DNA of 63,500 nucleotides, filler included, from Collodictyon triciliatum (GCA_043381765.1; 12 parts of 12 records of this genome joined end to end with filler, not necessarily neighbours in it); one strand, 5' to 3'; positions 44,434-54,338 are shown, counted from the whole stretch's first letter. Numbers and translations: made by a program. The notes: generated by a model not told the origin, from the sequence alone.

Positions 44434-46452
44434 TTGAAAGCGGCTAATGAAAATGTTTTACAGTTACAAAGTGAAAAAGAACAATTACTACAAACATATA
44501 AATCAATGTCAGAAAAAAATCAAAGTCTAAGAAGAGATAATGAAAATTTGAATAAATTATATGAAGGAACTAAGAGAACAAAAGACGGTTTGGATAGAGA
44601 GGTGGAAGAGCAAAAAGTTGAAATTGCAAGACTAAAAAGTGTTGAAGATAATCTAAAAACTAAAGAATCAGATTTGAAAGATCTTCAAGGAAAATTAGAC
44701 AAAGCTAAAGCTAGAAACGTTGATGCACAAGATACTATTAAACAGTATAAATTTAGTGAAGCGCAAAAAATCAGAGAGATAGAACAATTACAACGAGACT
44801 TGGCTAGTAGTGAAAGTAATGTCAAACTTTTAAAACAACAAAATACAACAGGTGCAGAAAATGTAGAAGCAATTAAAAAAGCTACCGAAACACTCAATCA
44901 ACAATTAACAACGGCAAATTCAAGATTGGCAGAATTTGAAAGAAATACAAGTGTAACAGTTGCTGAAAGAGATAGACTCAGATCAGATTTAGAAACTGCA
45001 AAAGAACAATATGAAAAATTAACGAGAGAAAAGCAGCAAACGGATAGCCGCAATGTAGATTTAAATGCCGAAATTATTAAATTACAACAAAAAATTGCTG
45101 AATCAAATTATACAATAGACCGATTAACTGGAGAAAATAAACAACAAGCTGAAGAGATTGAACAGTTTAATGAACAAATTATGGAATTAGCCAACGCAAA
45201 TGCAACTTTAACAGAACAATATGATGAAATAATTGGAGGTTATACAGAATTTCAACAAATAACTCAAGAAAATGAAAAGGTATATTCTCGAAATAATGCA
45301 ATGTTATCTCAAGCCCTTGAACAATTGCAACAAGAATACGGAAAAGTATCTCAAGAGCTAGAACAGTCAAAATTGCAAAACCAAAATATCACCCAAGCAT
45401 TGCAGGATGAACAAAATAAAAATGTTGGCGATGTTATGCAAAGTAACCCAGGTCAAGGAGAAAGTAGTAAAACTAAAAAATTTAGTAGAGTGAGTATAAA
45501 TAGAACTGGTGAACCGATGACACCAGGGACAAAGTCTAGGACTATTGGTGTACTAAATCGGGCCGCACAATCAGAGCCACCAGGATATCGTCAAGAACGT
45601 GATTTTGATGCATTACCCACTGAAGAAACGGGAGAAGTGCAAATAACTCAAAATGTTCTAGCTGAATATCCTTCAAGAGTGAACTATGTAAATTTCGGTG
45701 CCGTAGGTGCTGAGACACAGGCAATAGTTGCACGGCCCGCATTTAACAATAATCTTAGAACAAACATTGATAGATTTGTAAGTGACTTAAATTTTGCTAT
45801 TGTAAACATAGCTGGTATCAAAAAGAAAAAGATAGATACTCAAATTATTCCACAAAATTTAGACCCAGAAAGGCCTATTGAAATTGAGGATGACCCTGAT
45901 GAAATTATACAACCACAAAGACCTATTTATATAAATGGTGAAGAAGTTTATAATTACGAAAATATTGTAGACCTGCTACGACAATACGATTTGAAGTGGG
46001 AAGAAATTACAAAAGAACCTGCCCTTGCAAAAAAAATATGTCAGTATGCGTTTGGCCTTGCAGATATCCAATATACAAATTACGACAAATTAAAAACAAA
46101 TCTGAAATATGCTATGAAAATTGGAGCATTCCCCTTCAAATACGAGCGCAAGGAAGGCGAAAAGCGCGAAGCCAAACTTCAAAATGTGGCGTATCTACCC
46201 AATCAAGGAATGGGCCGCGTCGTCAACTCTGACCTCGGCACAATTATTATTCCAGGCCAATCCAAGTATTCCATCAGACGCGAGGGCCTCAATTATGTTG
46301 TCCACGGCGGCGGCCAGAAACGCGCATTCGGTTCAGCCAAGGACGCCCAGTATTTCGTATCCTCCGGTGCATTTGGCCGCAAATCTTACGGGCCAATTAC
46401 CGAGCGAATATTTGGCACACCTATGAAGAATCTTTCACAGGCTATTTATTAA
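44434..46452 (+). CDS. Viral long coiled-coil protein (C-terminal part) with a basic Gly-rich tail
   Basis: 672-aa intronless ORF with about 330 aa of heptad-rich E/Q/K/L sequence. It has no ATG start, and its frame extends upstream as QTSPPPPDLRNELK. Confidence 0.8.
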   Translation: MKAANENVLQLQSEKEQLLQTYKSMSEKNQSLRRDNENLNKLYEGTKRTKDGLDREVEEQKVEIARLKSVEDNLKTKESDLKDLQGKLDKAKARNVDAQDTIKQYKFSEAQKIREIEQLQRDLASSESNVKLLKQQNTTGAENVEAIKKATETLNQQLTTANSRLAEFERNTSVTVAERDRLRSDLETAKEQYEKLTREKQQTDSRNVDLNAEIIKLQQKIAESNYTIDRLTGENKQQAEEIEQFNEQIMELANANATLTEQYDEIIGGYTEFQQITQENEKVYSRNNAMLSQALEQLQQEYGKVSQELEQSKLQNQNITQALQDEQNKNVGDVMQSNPGQGESSKTKKFSRVSINRTGEPMTPGTKSRTIGVLNRAAQSEPPGYRQERDFDALPTEETGEVQITQNVLAEYPSRVNYVNFGAVGAETQAIVARPAFNNNLRTNIDRFVSDLNFAIVNIAGIKKKKIDTQIIPQNLDPERPIEIEDDPDEIIQPQRPIYINGEEVYNYENIVDLLRQYDLKWEEITKEPALAKKICQYAFGLADIQYTNYDKLKTNLKYAMKIGAFPFKYERKEGEKREAKLQNVAYLPNQGMGRVVNSDLGTIIIPGQSKYSIRREGLNYVVHGGGQKRAFGSAKDAQYFVSSGAFGRKSYGPITERIFGTPMKNLSQAIY

Positions 46453-46484
46453 ACAACTTTTAAGATAATGATAAAAATTGTTTA
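46450..46484. terminator. AT-rich hairpin between convergent viral genes (putative bidirectional 3'-end signal)
   Basis: TAAACAACTTTTA (46450-46462) pairs with TAAAAATTGTTTA (46472-46484). The 13-bp stem has one C.A mismatch (G.U on the minus strand) and a 9-nt loop. The arms begin at the two stop codons. Confidence 0.55.
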
Positions 46485-48764
46485 CGCGGCTGTTAAAGCA
46501 GGAGTACTATTGAATCGAGTTGAATCAACCATCCATCGCCCTATCGTTGTACGGAAATTAGTAGCTGTAAACACTGTACCTTCTGTGACAGTGTACGTTG
46601 TGCCTCCAAGTGCGATACCTGTGCCACTGGAACCAAGCACAAAGGCATTATTTGTTGGACTAGCTGAATCAAACCGCACTCTCTGAGTCCCTGTTCCAGT
46701 TCTATCTGGCAACATCCAAACCATGACTTGAATAGTTAATCCATCCGGGACATTAGTACTTACCGGAAAGACAACGGTTGCATTTGAGCTTCCTGTTGCC
46801 CCCTTTGTTAATATGATTTTACTAGGTGAATTTCGACTCACATTGTGCGTGCCGCTGTCAACAATAATCCAATCAGTAATCGGCGCTTTGAATAGTCGTA
46901 GTGAATTTTGAACTTCGGTATCATTTACTGTGTACTTTATATTCGTTGTTCCATTAATAATCATACTCATACTAGAGTTTGCTCCTGCGTTGTCACCTAG
47001 TATTCGAGCTATAGCACTACCGGAACTGAAAAAATCTATAGTTGAGGCAACTACTAACGGATCGGGCACAGTTACTTCCTGTCCAGTAGGATACACATAC
47101 CAGATGCCTTGAAGTTGGCCTGCAGTTGAAGATAACCAATGCCACACACAAGTGTAGACCGTACCCTCAACTAATGGATATGTGGTGCTACCCGTGACAA
47201 CAGTTTTTGTTGCATTGCTCATAACGTGAATTGCGTGACCTGTTGTGCCAGTATACATAGCTAACGTGGCTGTACTGGCTTCATCTTTGTAAGGAATAAT
47301 AATATGGGTTTGGCCGGTTGCTGTTTGTCCTAATGAAGGTAAGTTAAAAGTTGATGGTGTTGTCCCAGATATCAACGCTCTTATTATCATGGGACTTGTT
47401 GCAGTTATACTTATAGCATTATAATTTACAGACGAAACAGGAGTTCGTACAGTTTTTTTCATTGTTATCGCTTCTTCTACAGTGGCCCCGCCTGTCACAC
47501 TAAGATTCCCGTTGACTGTTGCTGATGTAGTCGAAACTTCTAATGTGTTATTACTTGTACCAGTGCCGCCGGTAGCTGGTTGGATTGTAATCACATTGTT
47601 ATTACAAAAAATTCTATTGTCTGGGGCACTACTTAGCTGTCCAAAACGATACCCTCCAGTACTACCAAGTGCTACACGATAATGTTGATCAGTTGACACA
47701 ATTTGATAGTGGTCATTGAAATTATCACCGATTCTAAATTTTCTAGTGCCGTTTGTAGATACTTCTATAAAGTTGTTGCCACCGTATATTCCAGACTTAT
47801 TGGCATCATTGTCTCCAAACAACAGTGACGGATTATTGGCAGTTCCACCAGCTCCTAAGTCTAAAGTCCCAACAATTGAAGCGTTCCCACTCACTGATAA
47901 GCCTCCGGTTATGCTTGCTCCTGTATTGCCTATATTCATTCTTTGCGTCCCCGCCGTGCCAAAAAATAAATTGTTATCCGAGCCCCAAATACCTGTTCGG
48001 CTATCAATTGGTGTGTCTATATTGTCTCCAAACATCAAAGTCGGGGCTGATGCACTGCCAGCTGTGGGTAAATTTAATATACCCGCAATTGAATGTATTA
48101 CATCTGTTCTAGTAACACTGAAAGCGCTATTGTCAACAGCGACTTCACCAGCCGATACAAAAAGGCGTCGTACGGCACTGCCACTAGCGACCCCAGCGAA
48201 AAATTGGAAATTTCTACCTGTTCCTGTCCCCGAATCTGCCACACTCATAAATAAATTAGCTGAACGTCGAAGTTCACAACCGTTATTTGATAAAGTTATA
48301 TTTCCTGAACTAGTGAGAGAACTGACTGATGGCGCATTCGTCCACGACGGGGTTGTCCCGTCTGTTGTCAAAAGTCTGTTTGCGTTTCCCGCTTGGCTAG
48401 GCAACTGCGAAATCACCCCCCAACTTGCTGTGCTACCATTATTTGTTAGATATTGGTTGGCAACGCCACCAGTTATTACCGGCACCTGGTTCACTGACTG
48501 CCAAGAAACATCAGTTCCATTAGTTTGTAAAAAATTACCGGTCTGTCCTGCTTGCGGAGGTAATTCTCCATCGATACCTGTGTACTGGTAACCGGTTGCC
48601 GTATCATTTACTTCCAAAAATTTATTTGCATCGGCTGCTGTTATCGTTGGCAAAACGAAACTTGACTGAGTTGTATCTGTGTATTCACCATTTGTCCCGT
48701 CTGTCACAAAACTATAATCATAAGGGTATCTACTTGAATTTGATCCGATTTCGTATGAAGTCAT
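46482..48764 (-). CDS. Virion fibre / receptor-binding spike protein with phage-tail-fibre-like repeats (760 aa)
   Basis: Gly/Thr/Ser/Asn-rich. Four LPxxxGxAxxxLxTxGTxxxW-type repeats, two GxAxxPxLxFGDN...GIxG...xGT(Q/R)(R/K)xxIG repeats, and two homologous C-terminal domains ending TTYxxxEGTV(Y/F)T...GxWxV. Confidence 0.75.
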   Translation of the reverse strand: MTSYEIGSNSSRYPYDYSFVTDGTNGEYTDTTQSSFVLPTITAADANKFLEVNDTATGYQYTGIDGELPPQAGQTGNFLQTNGTDVSWQSVNQVPVITGGVANQYLTNNGSTASWGVISQLPSQAGNANRLLTTDGTTPSWTNAPSVSSLTSSGNITLSNNGCELRRSANLFMSVADSGTGTGRNFQFFAGVASGSAVRRLFVSAGEVAVDNSAFSVTRTDVIHSIAGILNLPTAGSASAPTLMFGDNIDTPIDSRTGIWGSDNNLFFGTAGTQRMNIGNTGASITGGLSVSGNASIVGTLDLGAGGTANNPSLLFGDNDANKSGIYGGNNFIEVSTNGTRKFRIGDNFNDHYQIVSTDQHYRVALGSTGGYRFGQLSSAPDNRIFCNNNVITIQPATGGTGTSNNTLEVSTTSATVNGNLSVTGGATVEEAITMKKTVRTPVSSVNYNAISITATSPMIIRALISGTTPSTFNLPSLGQTATGQTHIIIPYKDEASTATLAMYTGTTGHAIHVMSNATKTVVTGSTTYPLVEGTVYTCVWHWLSSTAGQLQGIWYVYPTGQEVTVPDPLVVASTIDFFSSGSAIARILGDNAGANSSMSMIINGTTNIKYTVNDTEVQNSLRLFKAPITDWIIVDSGTHNVSRNSPSKIILTKGATGSSNATVVFPVSTNVPDGLTIQVMVWMLPDRTGTGTQRVRFDSASPTNNAFVLGSSGTGIALGGTTYTVTEGTVFTATNFRTTIGRWMVDSTRFNSTPALTAA

Positions 48765-48780
48765 ATAAATACATACAAAA

Positions 48781-49004
48781 TTATTCTACGGGAACGAGTT
48801 TAAGCGTAATGTCGACACTGGCCGTCTGCGGGAAGTTAACTAGATTGTTGTACTGGTCAATAAAACTTATATTGAATCGTGTCGGCAAAACCGAAAAGAC
48901 TTGTTGCGTAAATTCTTCACTTGCTTCTTCTACGAATGTGTACTGGTATTTACTATTACTTAGATTCAATGGACACCGATAAGCAATATCAAAACGCTCA
49001 GGGA
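48781..49004 (-). CDS. C-terminus of a putative minor capsid (penton, single jelly-roll) protein of PLV/Polinton/virophage type; 5'-truncated
   Basis: The frame is open from the contig edge: PERFDIAYRCPLNLSNSKYQYTF...LPTRFNISFIDQYNNLVNFPQTASVDITLKLV. This fits the recalled penton end pattern (hydrophobic strand)-DQxxxLVxF-(short loop)-VxLxL. Confidence 0.6.
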
Positions 49005-49104
49005 NNNNNNNNNNNNNNNNNNNNNNNNNNNNNNNNNNNNNNNNNNNNTTAATTAATTAANNNNNNNNNNNNNNNNNNNNNNNNNNNNNNNNNNNNNNNN
49101 NNNN

Positions 49105-49292
49105 CAATAATGAAATGTCAATATTGATAGCTATAATCAAACACTATGTGATTGAAAGAACTTTGGTTATCTCACTCAAACAATAGGACGAAGGAGGTGA
49201 CATTGTTATTATTAGGAAACATGAAGACCTCAATGCTGTTCGTGTGTCATTTGCAAGCATTCAATGGATTACTTTCCTCTTTCCCATTTCCT

Positions 49293-49376
<84 letters not shown>

Positions 49377-49862
49377 ATATGTATACAGTCTTGGGTGTTG
49401 GACACAGCCATAAGAAAAGGGGACTGAAATAAGCGATTAAATTCCAGGCAAACTGAATTCTTTTTCTCTACAGATTAGGTTCAAGTGTTGCTTCGAAGGC
49501 GAGTTCAGAATAATTTCACTACCTTACAGCTGCTTGTTTGAGGATTTAAAAAGCTGCCATTTATCCGAGTACCAGACGGACATCACTATTCAATGCAAGG
49601 TATTATTTAAATAAACAGTTGATTCCCTTACTAAAATATGCAGATAAATTGTCAACCAATAATGAAATGTCAATATTGATAGCTATAATCAAACACTATG
49701 TGATTGAAAGAACTTTGGTTATCTCACCCAAACAATAGGACGAAGAAGGTGACATGGTTATTATTAGGAAACATGAAGACCTCATGCTGTTCGTGTGTCA
49801 TTTGCAAGCATTCAAGGGACATTCAGTGGATTACTTTCCTCTTTCCTTCTTCTTTTTTTTTT
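49105..49862. repeat. Direct repeat of ~190-205 bp (49105-49295 and 49657-49862), offset 552 bp
   Basis: Near-identical blocks starting CAATAATGAAATGTCAATATTGATAGC, each ending in a T-tract. Confidence 0.92.
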
Positions 49863-50298
49863 TTATTAAAGGAGAGAACTCTACATAATTATTCTTTAAA
49901 ATTTTTGCAGCTCTTTCTCAGTCAAGCAAAACCTGTCGCGAGTCGCTAAAGTAAGCGGCAATCGGAATTATCACACGGCATTTTATTCATTTCGTCACAC
50001 ACCTGCATATATGACTGATTTTTGAGGAAATACTCACATCATCGTCATTTCTTGAATCCAGTCGACAGTAAACCATTCATTAATAGAAAACTGAGACTAA
50101 CAATTTTGTTAAGCCATCAGCCTAGCTATGAGCACCACTAACAAATGTCCATTTATCGTCGAATCATTCAGAGGAGGGCGGGATGATTCTGCCAAATATT
50201 TCACCAAAACTTAACCAGATATTTCATGTAAATATAATTTGTGTATGGAAACAAAGTAAATACAAATTCGCCATGCCCAACTTATCTGTCATCAAATC

Positions 50299-51400
50299 GG
50301 CCAGGTTTACCAAGGATGGTATCGTGGAACAGAGGTTGCGATTTAGAAGCTCTTCTCACAACATCCATCAAAGTAGCTTGTCCGAGAATTTCGAGCAGAA
50401 GTCTAAATTTTATTGCGTTTTTAACTCGCAAGATAGACCAAAAACACATTTGATGTCTTTTTTCCCATTATTGCAAACCCCTTATTGCATTCGTGACAAA
50501 ATTCAAAATGCTTCCTGAAGGAATTATATTTGTTCAATTCATCGTTTTATAAACCAAATTATGTAAGTAAACTTGCGATTAAGTTAAAGTAACACCGTAC
50601 ATAGCCACTTGAGACGTCCGGATGTTTGTCTGTTTATGGGTGCGTGGATAGAGCTTCATGACTTGTGCATCGTCATGGAATTTTGTGCTCGAGGTTCTCT
50701 CAACGACGTCATAAAAAACCTCCGCCCGCCTTTGCCTCTCTTCGCACAGATTGCGCGTCGCCTTTGATGTATCGTTGTATGTCAGCTATCTACACGTAAG
50801 AAAAAACCGTACATGATTCGCCGAGACCTGAAATCGTCAAACATGTTCTTTTTTATGAATCATAATTGCTTTTAAAACATTATTTTTGCTTTTCTTTTTT
50901 TTTTTTGCTCACACTTGACTCATTAACAGATTGGCAGAAAACCGGGCTGCCAAAGTGGCGGATTTTGGAATGAACAAGGTCAAGCGAAATTCATCCTTTT
51001 CGAACGGGACGATTGGCACGCCGTGCTGGGTCGCTGATGCTTTTTTATAGACAGGTATATCCCGATTGTTTTTTTTTTTTGTTTCAGGCGTCATCAGCCT
51101 TACTCCATCACATTCCCAATTCAGTAAATAAAGGAAAAAATAAAAGAAACAAAAATCTACCCACCATAACATTAAAACTGCATCAAAAAGTCCAACGAAA
51201 AGGCGGATGTCTTCGGCACGGGCGTCATCCTCTGGGAGCTCTGGACAATAAAGACCGTTCAGCTCGATGCCTGCACTCCAGGTTGTCCGGCTAATCCGCT
51301 TCTGCAAAACCCTGGCACCCGCTTACCACGACCGCGATGCCTAATACGCAGACCTCACCCGAGCATGCTTCAGAGAGGCGATGCGTGGGTGACCGAATGT
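50299..51400 (+). pseudogene. TKL (Raf/CTR1-like) protein kinase pseudogene with introns
   Basis: GQVYQGWYRGTEVAI*KL (TAG at 50344 in place of the catalytic Lys), REFRAEV*IL, HLRRPDVCLFMGA...IVMEFCARGSL, IRRDLKSSN, KVADFGM, GTPCWVA and KADVFGTGVILWEL. Several stops and frameshifts. Confidence 0.88.
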
Positions 51401-52493
51401 GGAGTGTGTGGTTGGGATGCTGAGGCGGATTTGGAGGTGCATGACCGATGCTGCAAAGAGCCCCGTAATGCAGGTGTATGGTTTGCCCACTGTGGCTGTG
51501 TGAGCGAGATTATGATTTGTCTGGTGTTTATGCATGCAGAACAAGGAATAAAGTGCAGATGACACATGTTTTGATGCACCAAATTACATCAGTGAATCCA
51601 TTTATCATCATTATTGTGTTTATAATCTGATTTGAACATACCATTCTTGTTCGAAAACGTTTTTTGGTCTCAACAAGAGTCAGAAATCTTGTAATTACAG
51701 GAAAAAGATAAGCTTAAAAATGAAAAAGAAAAAACAAAGTAAAGAACAAAGTAAAGAACAAAGTAAAGAACAAAGAAGAATCACTTATCATAAAATACCT
51801 ATGTGTTAACAAACGCAAAACAAAAAAGGCATGAAATTTGAGGACATCGAAGAGAAGACACCAGACCAGATCAAAACACAAAGGCAACCAGAGCCGCACA
51901 AGAGAGATGAACAGACAGGAAATAGTCACACGACCAGAAAGCTGTAAAAATACAACAAGATTTCAGAATGCAGACGGGCCAGTTGGAAGTAATCCACAGA
52001 ATAATCAACCGGGAACAATAAATGCATACAGAAAGAGTGAGCAGGAAGGAAATGATGAAGATTTAATCAAAAATCGTGCATTAGTTCCGTGAGGCTGGCA
52101 TTCATGTTATAGTTTAAGGTTGTATATGAGATATTGCGATATTGCCCGTCTTCTCAGAAAATCTATTTTCTCTTTGGATTTACTTCATACCTGCCATTGT
52201 ACTGTCTCCGAGTTTGCTTGGGATGGTCGAGGATATCATCTACAAAAGTGGAAGAGTTTTTTTGAGTGCGTTTGCAGTTTGGTCATCCTTCGCTTTTGCA
52301 TCTGTTGAGATTTTCAGCTTCCACCTCTCAAAAATGCAATATTGTATGCCCTTTTACCTGGGTATTTATTGGAAAATGTCTTCAATTTCTTGCTGGTATT
52401 TACAACCACACACAGCATTATCTTTGTCATCAATCAATTTTTATGGATTACATCTGGTTTATTCATGGTTTCTAAGTCAAATAACCTGAGGAA

Positions 52494-53429
52494 ATGAGCA
52501 ATAAGGAACAACGATATTACACTGCAACAAAAGACGGCTCGGTATCTGCTTTGCTGAAAGGGTTCGCTGTATTTTGCATTCTTGTAGTCTTCTCTCTTTC
52601 CAACATATTGGAGATTTACTTGGATTCTTCATTTACCATGCAGCTTGTTTTCCGTTTTGCTGTTTTCCCTGTTTGTTTTGTTTCATCAAATTGGATTCAG
52701 CTGAGGCTGATAAATGGCTTATCGAAAGAGCACATTGATAAAAGTTTGACAGTGAACAAGATTTGTAACCATTATATTCAGTTAGTTGGAAGATTATTGA
52801 TTTCAAACATATCCACAGATGGTGTACTTTCTATTGAATTCATCATGGTCAACTTTGCAGCAGCTGTGATTGAGATACTTTCGACTGTATTTTTCGAACA
52901 AAGGATGAAATGTGTGTTTCGGATACAAAATTTGGCATCTAGTATTCAGTCAAAATTATCATATCGATTGAAATCGAGAAAGCTTGCTCCCATCGTTCCT
53001 GGAGATGAAGCTCCGAATTCTCAAGGCTTGCATGTAAGAGAGCATGATAATCAATTGAGTCTGTCAGATAGAGAAGCGAATTTTGTGAAAGAATCAATCG
53101 CATTCAAGGCAAAATATATCTACGACGGTATCATATCGGAGTTCTATTCAATCATATTTGCACCCTTGCTCATGTATTTTATGCAACCTTTGGCGAAAGA
53201 ATCAAAATTTCAATTAATCGAATCGTTTTCTGAATGCTTCTATCAAATTATGATACAACTAATATTTGAAATTTTGTCAGACATCACAACACTTTCGATT
53301 GAAATTCACAAGGGTCATATTAGTGAGGATGGGTTTAAAAGTTGGAGACCTATGAATAGAATTATACTATTCACTTATTCGATTTTTTGCTTTCTCAATA
53401 CAATTTGGTTCGTAACTGTCTTCTATTGA
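52494..53429 (+). CDS. Intronless multi-pass membrane protein of unknown family; upstream part (about 52140-52490) appears frameshifted
   Basis: 311-aa ORF with about 6 hydrophobic segments. Further hydrophobic reading-frame pieces lie immediately upstream in other frames. Confidence 0.55.
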   Translation: MSNKEQRYYTATKDGSVSALLKGFAVFCILVVFSLSNILEIYLDSSFTMQLVFRFAVFPVCFVSSNWIQLRLINGLSKEHIDKSLTVNKICNHYIQLVGRLLISNISTDGVLSIEFIMVNFAAAVIEILSTVFFEQRMKCVFRIQNLASSIQSKLSYRLKSRKLAPIVPGDEAPNSQGLHVREHDNQLSLSDREANFVKESIAFKAKYIYDGIISEFYSIIFAPLLMYFMQPLAKESKFQLIESFSECFYQIMIQLIFEILSDITTLSIEIHKGHISEDGFKSWRPMNRIILFTYSIFCFLNTIWFVTVFY

Positions 53430-54147
53430 ATGACTTTATGCTTTCATAGCATATTTTCGTCCAGAAAACATAATCTCCCAATGAGCTTTTGCTACAAAAG
53501 TTAATAAACCAAAGCATAAATTACATCATAAACCACGATTGAATCAGAAATGGAGATGAATTTTTTAATCTTAAACAATTTTGAAATCATGAAACAATTA
53601 ATCAATTTGAGATAAAGAGATAATCGAAAATTCTAGTTCGATGCTTTTAAATGTAAAGGAAAAAAATCAACCAATAAATATGCTTTTTTTAATGGAAAAT
53701 GCCAATATTGTTAGGATATTGTTATTTACATAAAAATCTAAATCTGATATTGTACATTACGTTCACATTGCATAGGGAATTCATATAATTAACTGTTAAA
53801 ATTAAATTTTATCAATTTTTTGTTATTTAAGCATCACAATCCAATGTCATAATAAAGCAAATAATCTGGTTCTGTTGTGAATTCATTCATTGGTTATATT
53901 AATGTATTCTATTAAAAATAAAAATGCAAAGTGAAGTGCTATCGTTTGTAACATGTAATATGAAACTCACATGGTATTGAAGCCAACGACATAAGTTTCT
54001 GGTTGTATATCACAATTAGTTTTTTGTAATTTACGATAAAAGCTTCATATATATTCTTGAATTATTCTGTGCGGCTAGGTCCATTTTGTTGTGATTTGCG
54101 AGGCTTTAGCATATTTTTACTCCTTATTAGATGTAAGGGAAAGAGAT

Positions 54148-54338
54148 TAATGCCATAAAAAGGATGAGATGGTGCACATGGCACAGAGCTAACGTGATTA
54201 GGAGAAGATGTCACTGAGAAGAGGCTAGCACTGGAAAAAAACTCAGTGGGCGTTAGGGAGAGGTGGGCGGCCCAACTGGTTGATTGGTTGCGTGGGTAAC
54301 ATGGGTTTCGATATTTTGTGGTAGGTATCGCACGACGC
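54148..54338. repeat. Dispersed ~200-bp repeat, copy 2
   Basis: See 32731-32927. Confidence 0.8.

Larger units (their letters stand above)
43657..49004. mobile_element. Fragment of a Polinton-like virus / virophage / Maverick-type dsDNA virus (structural-gene region)
   Basis: The whole contig is intronless, with 16-29 nt intergenic gaps and no microsatellite or homopolymer tracts, unlike the host contigs. It encodes a penton-like C-terminus and a fibre-like protein. No MCP, ATPase, polymerase or termini are visible. Confidence 0.7.

Noticed and set aside
47716-48591. 291-aa plus-strand ORF
   Set aside because: It is the antisense shadow of the fibre gene, with no independent motifs.
48765-48780. 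AT-rich TATTTAT immediately before the fibre ATG as a viral late promoter
   Set aside because: Single instance in AT-rich DNA, with no exact match to a known motif such as AAAATTGA, TAAATG or TCTA.
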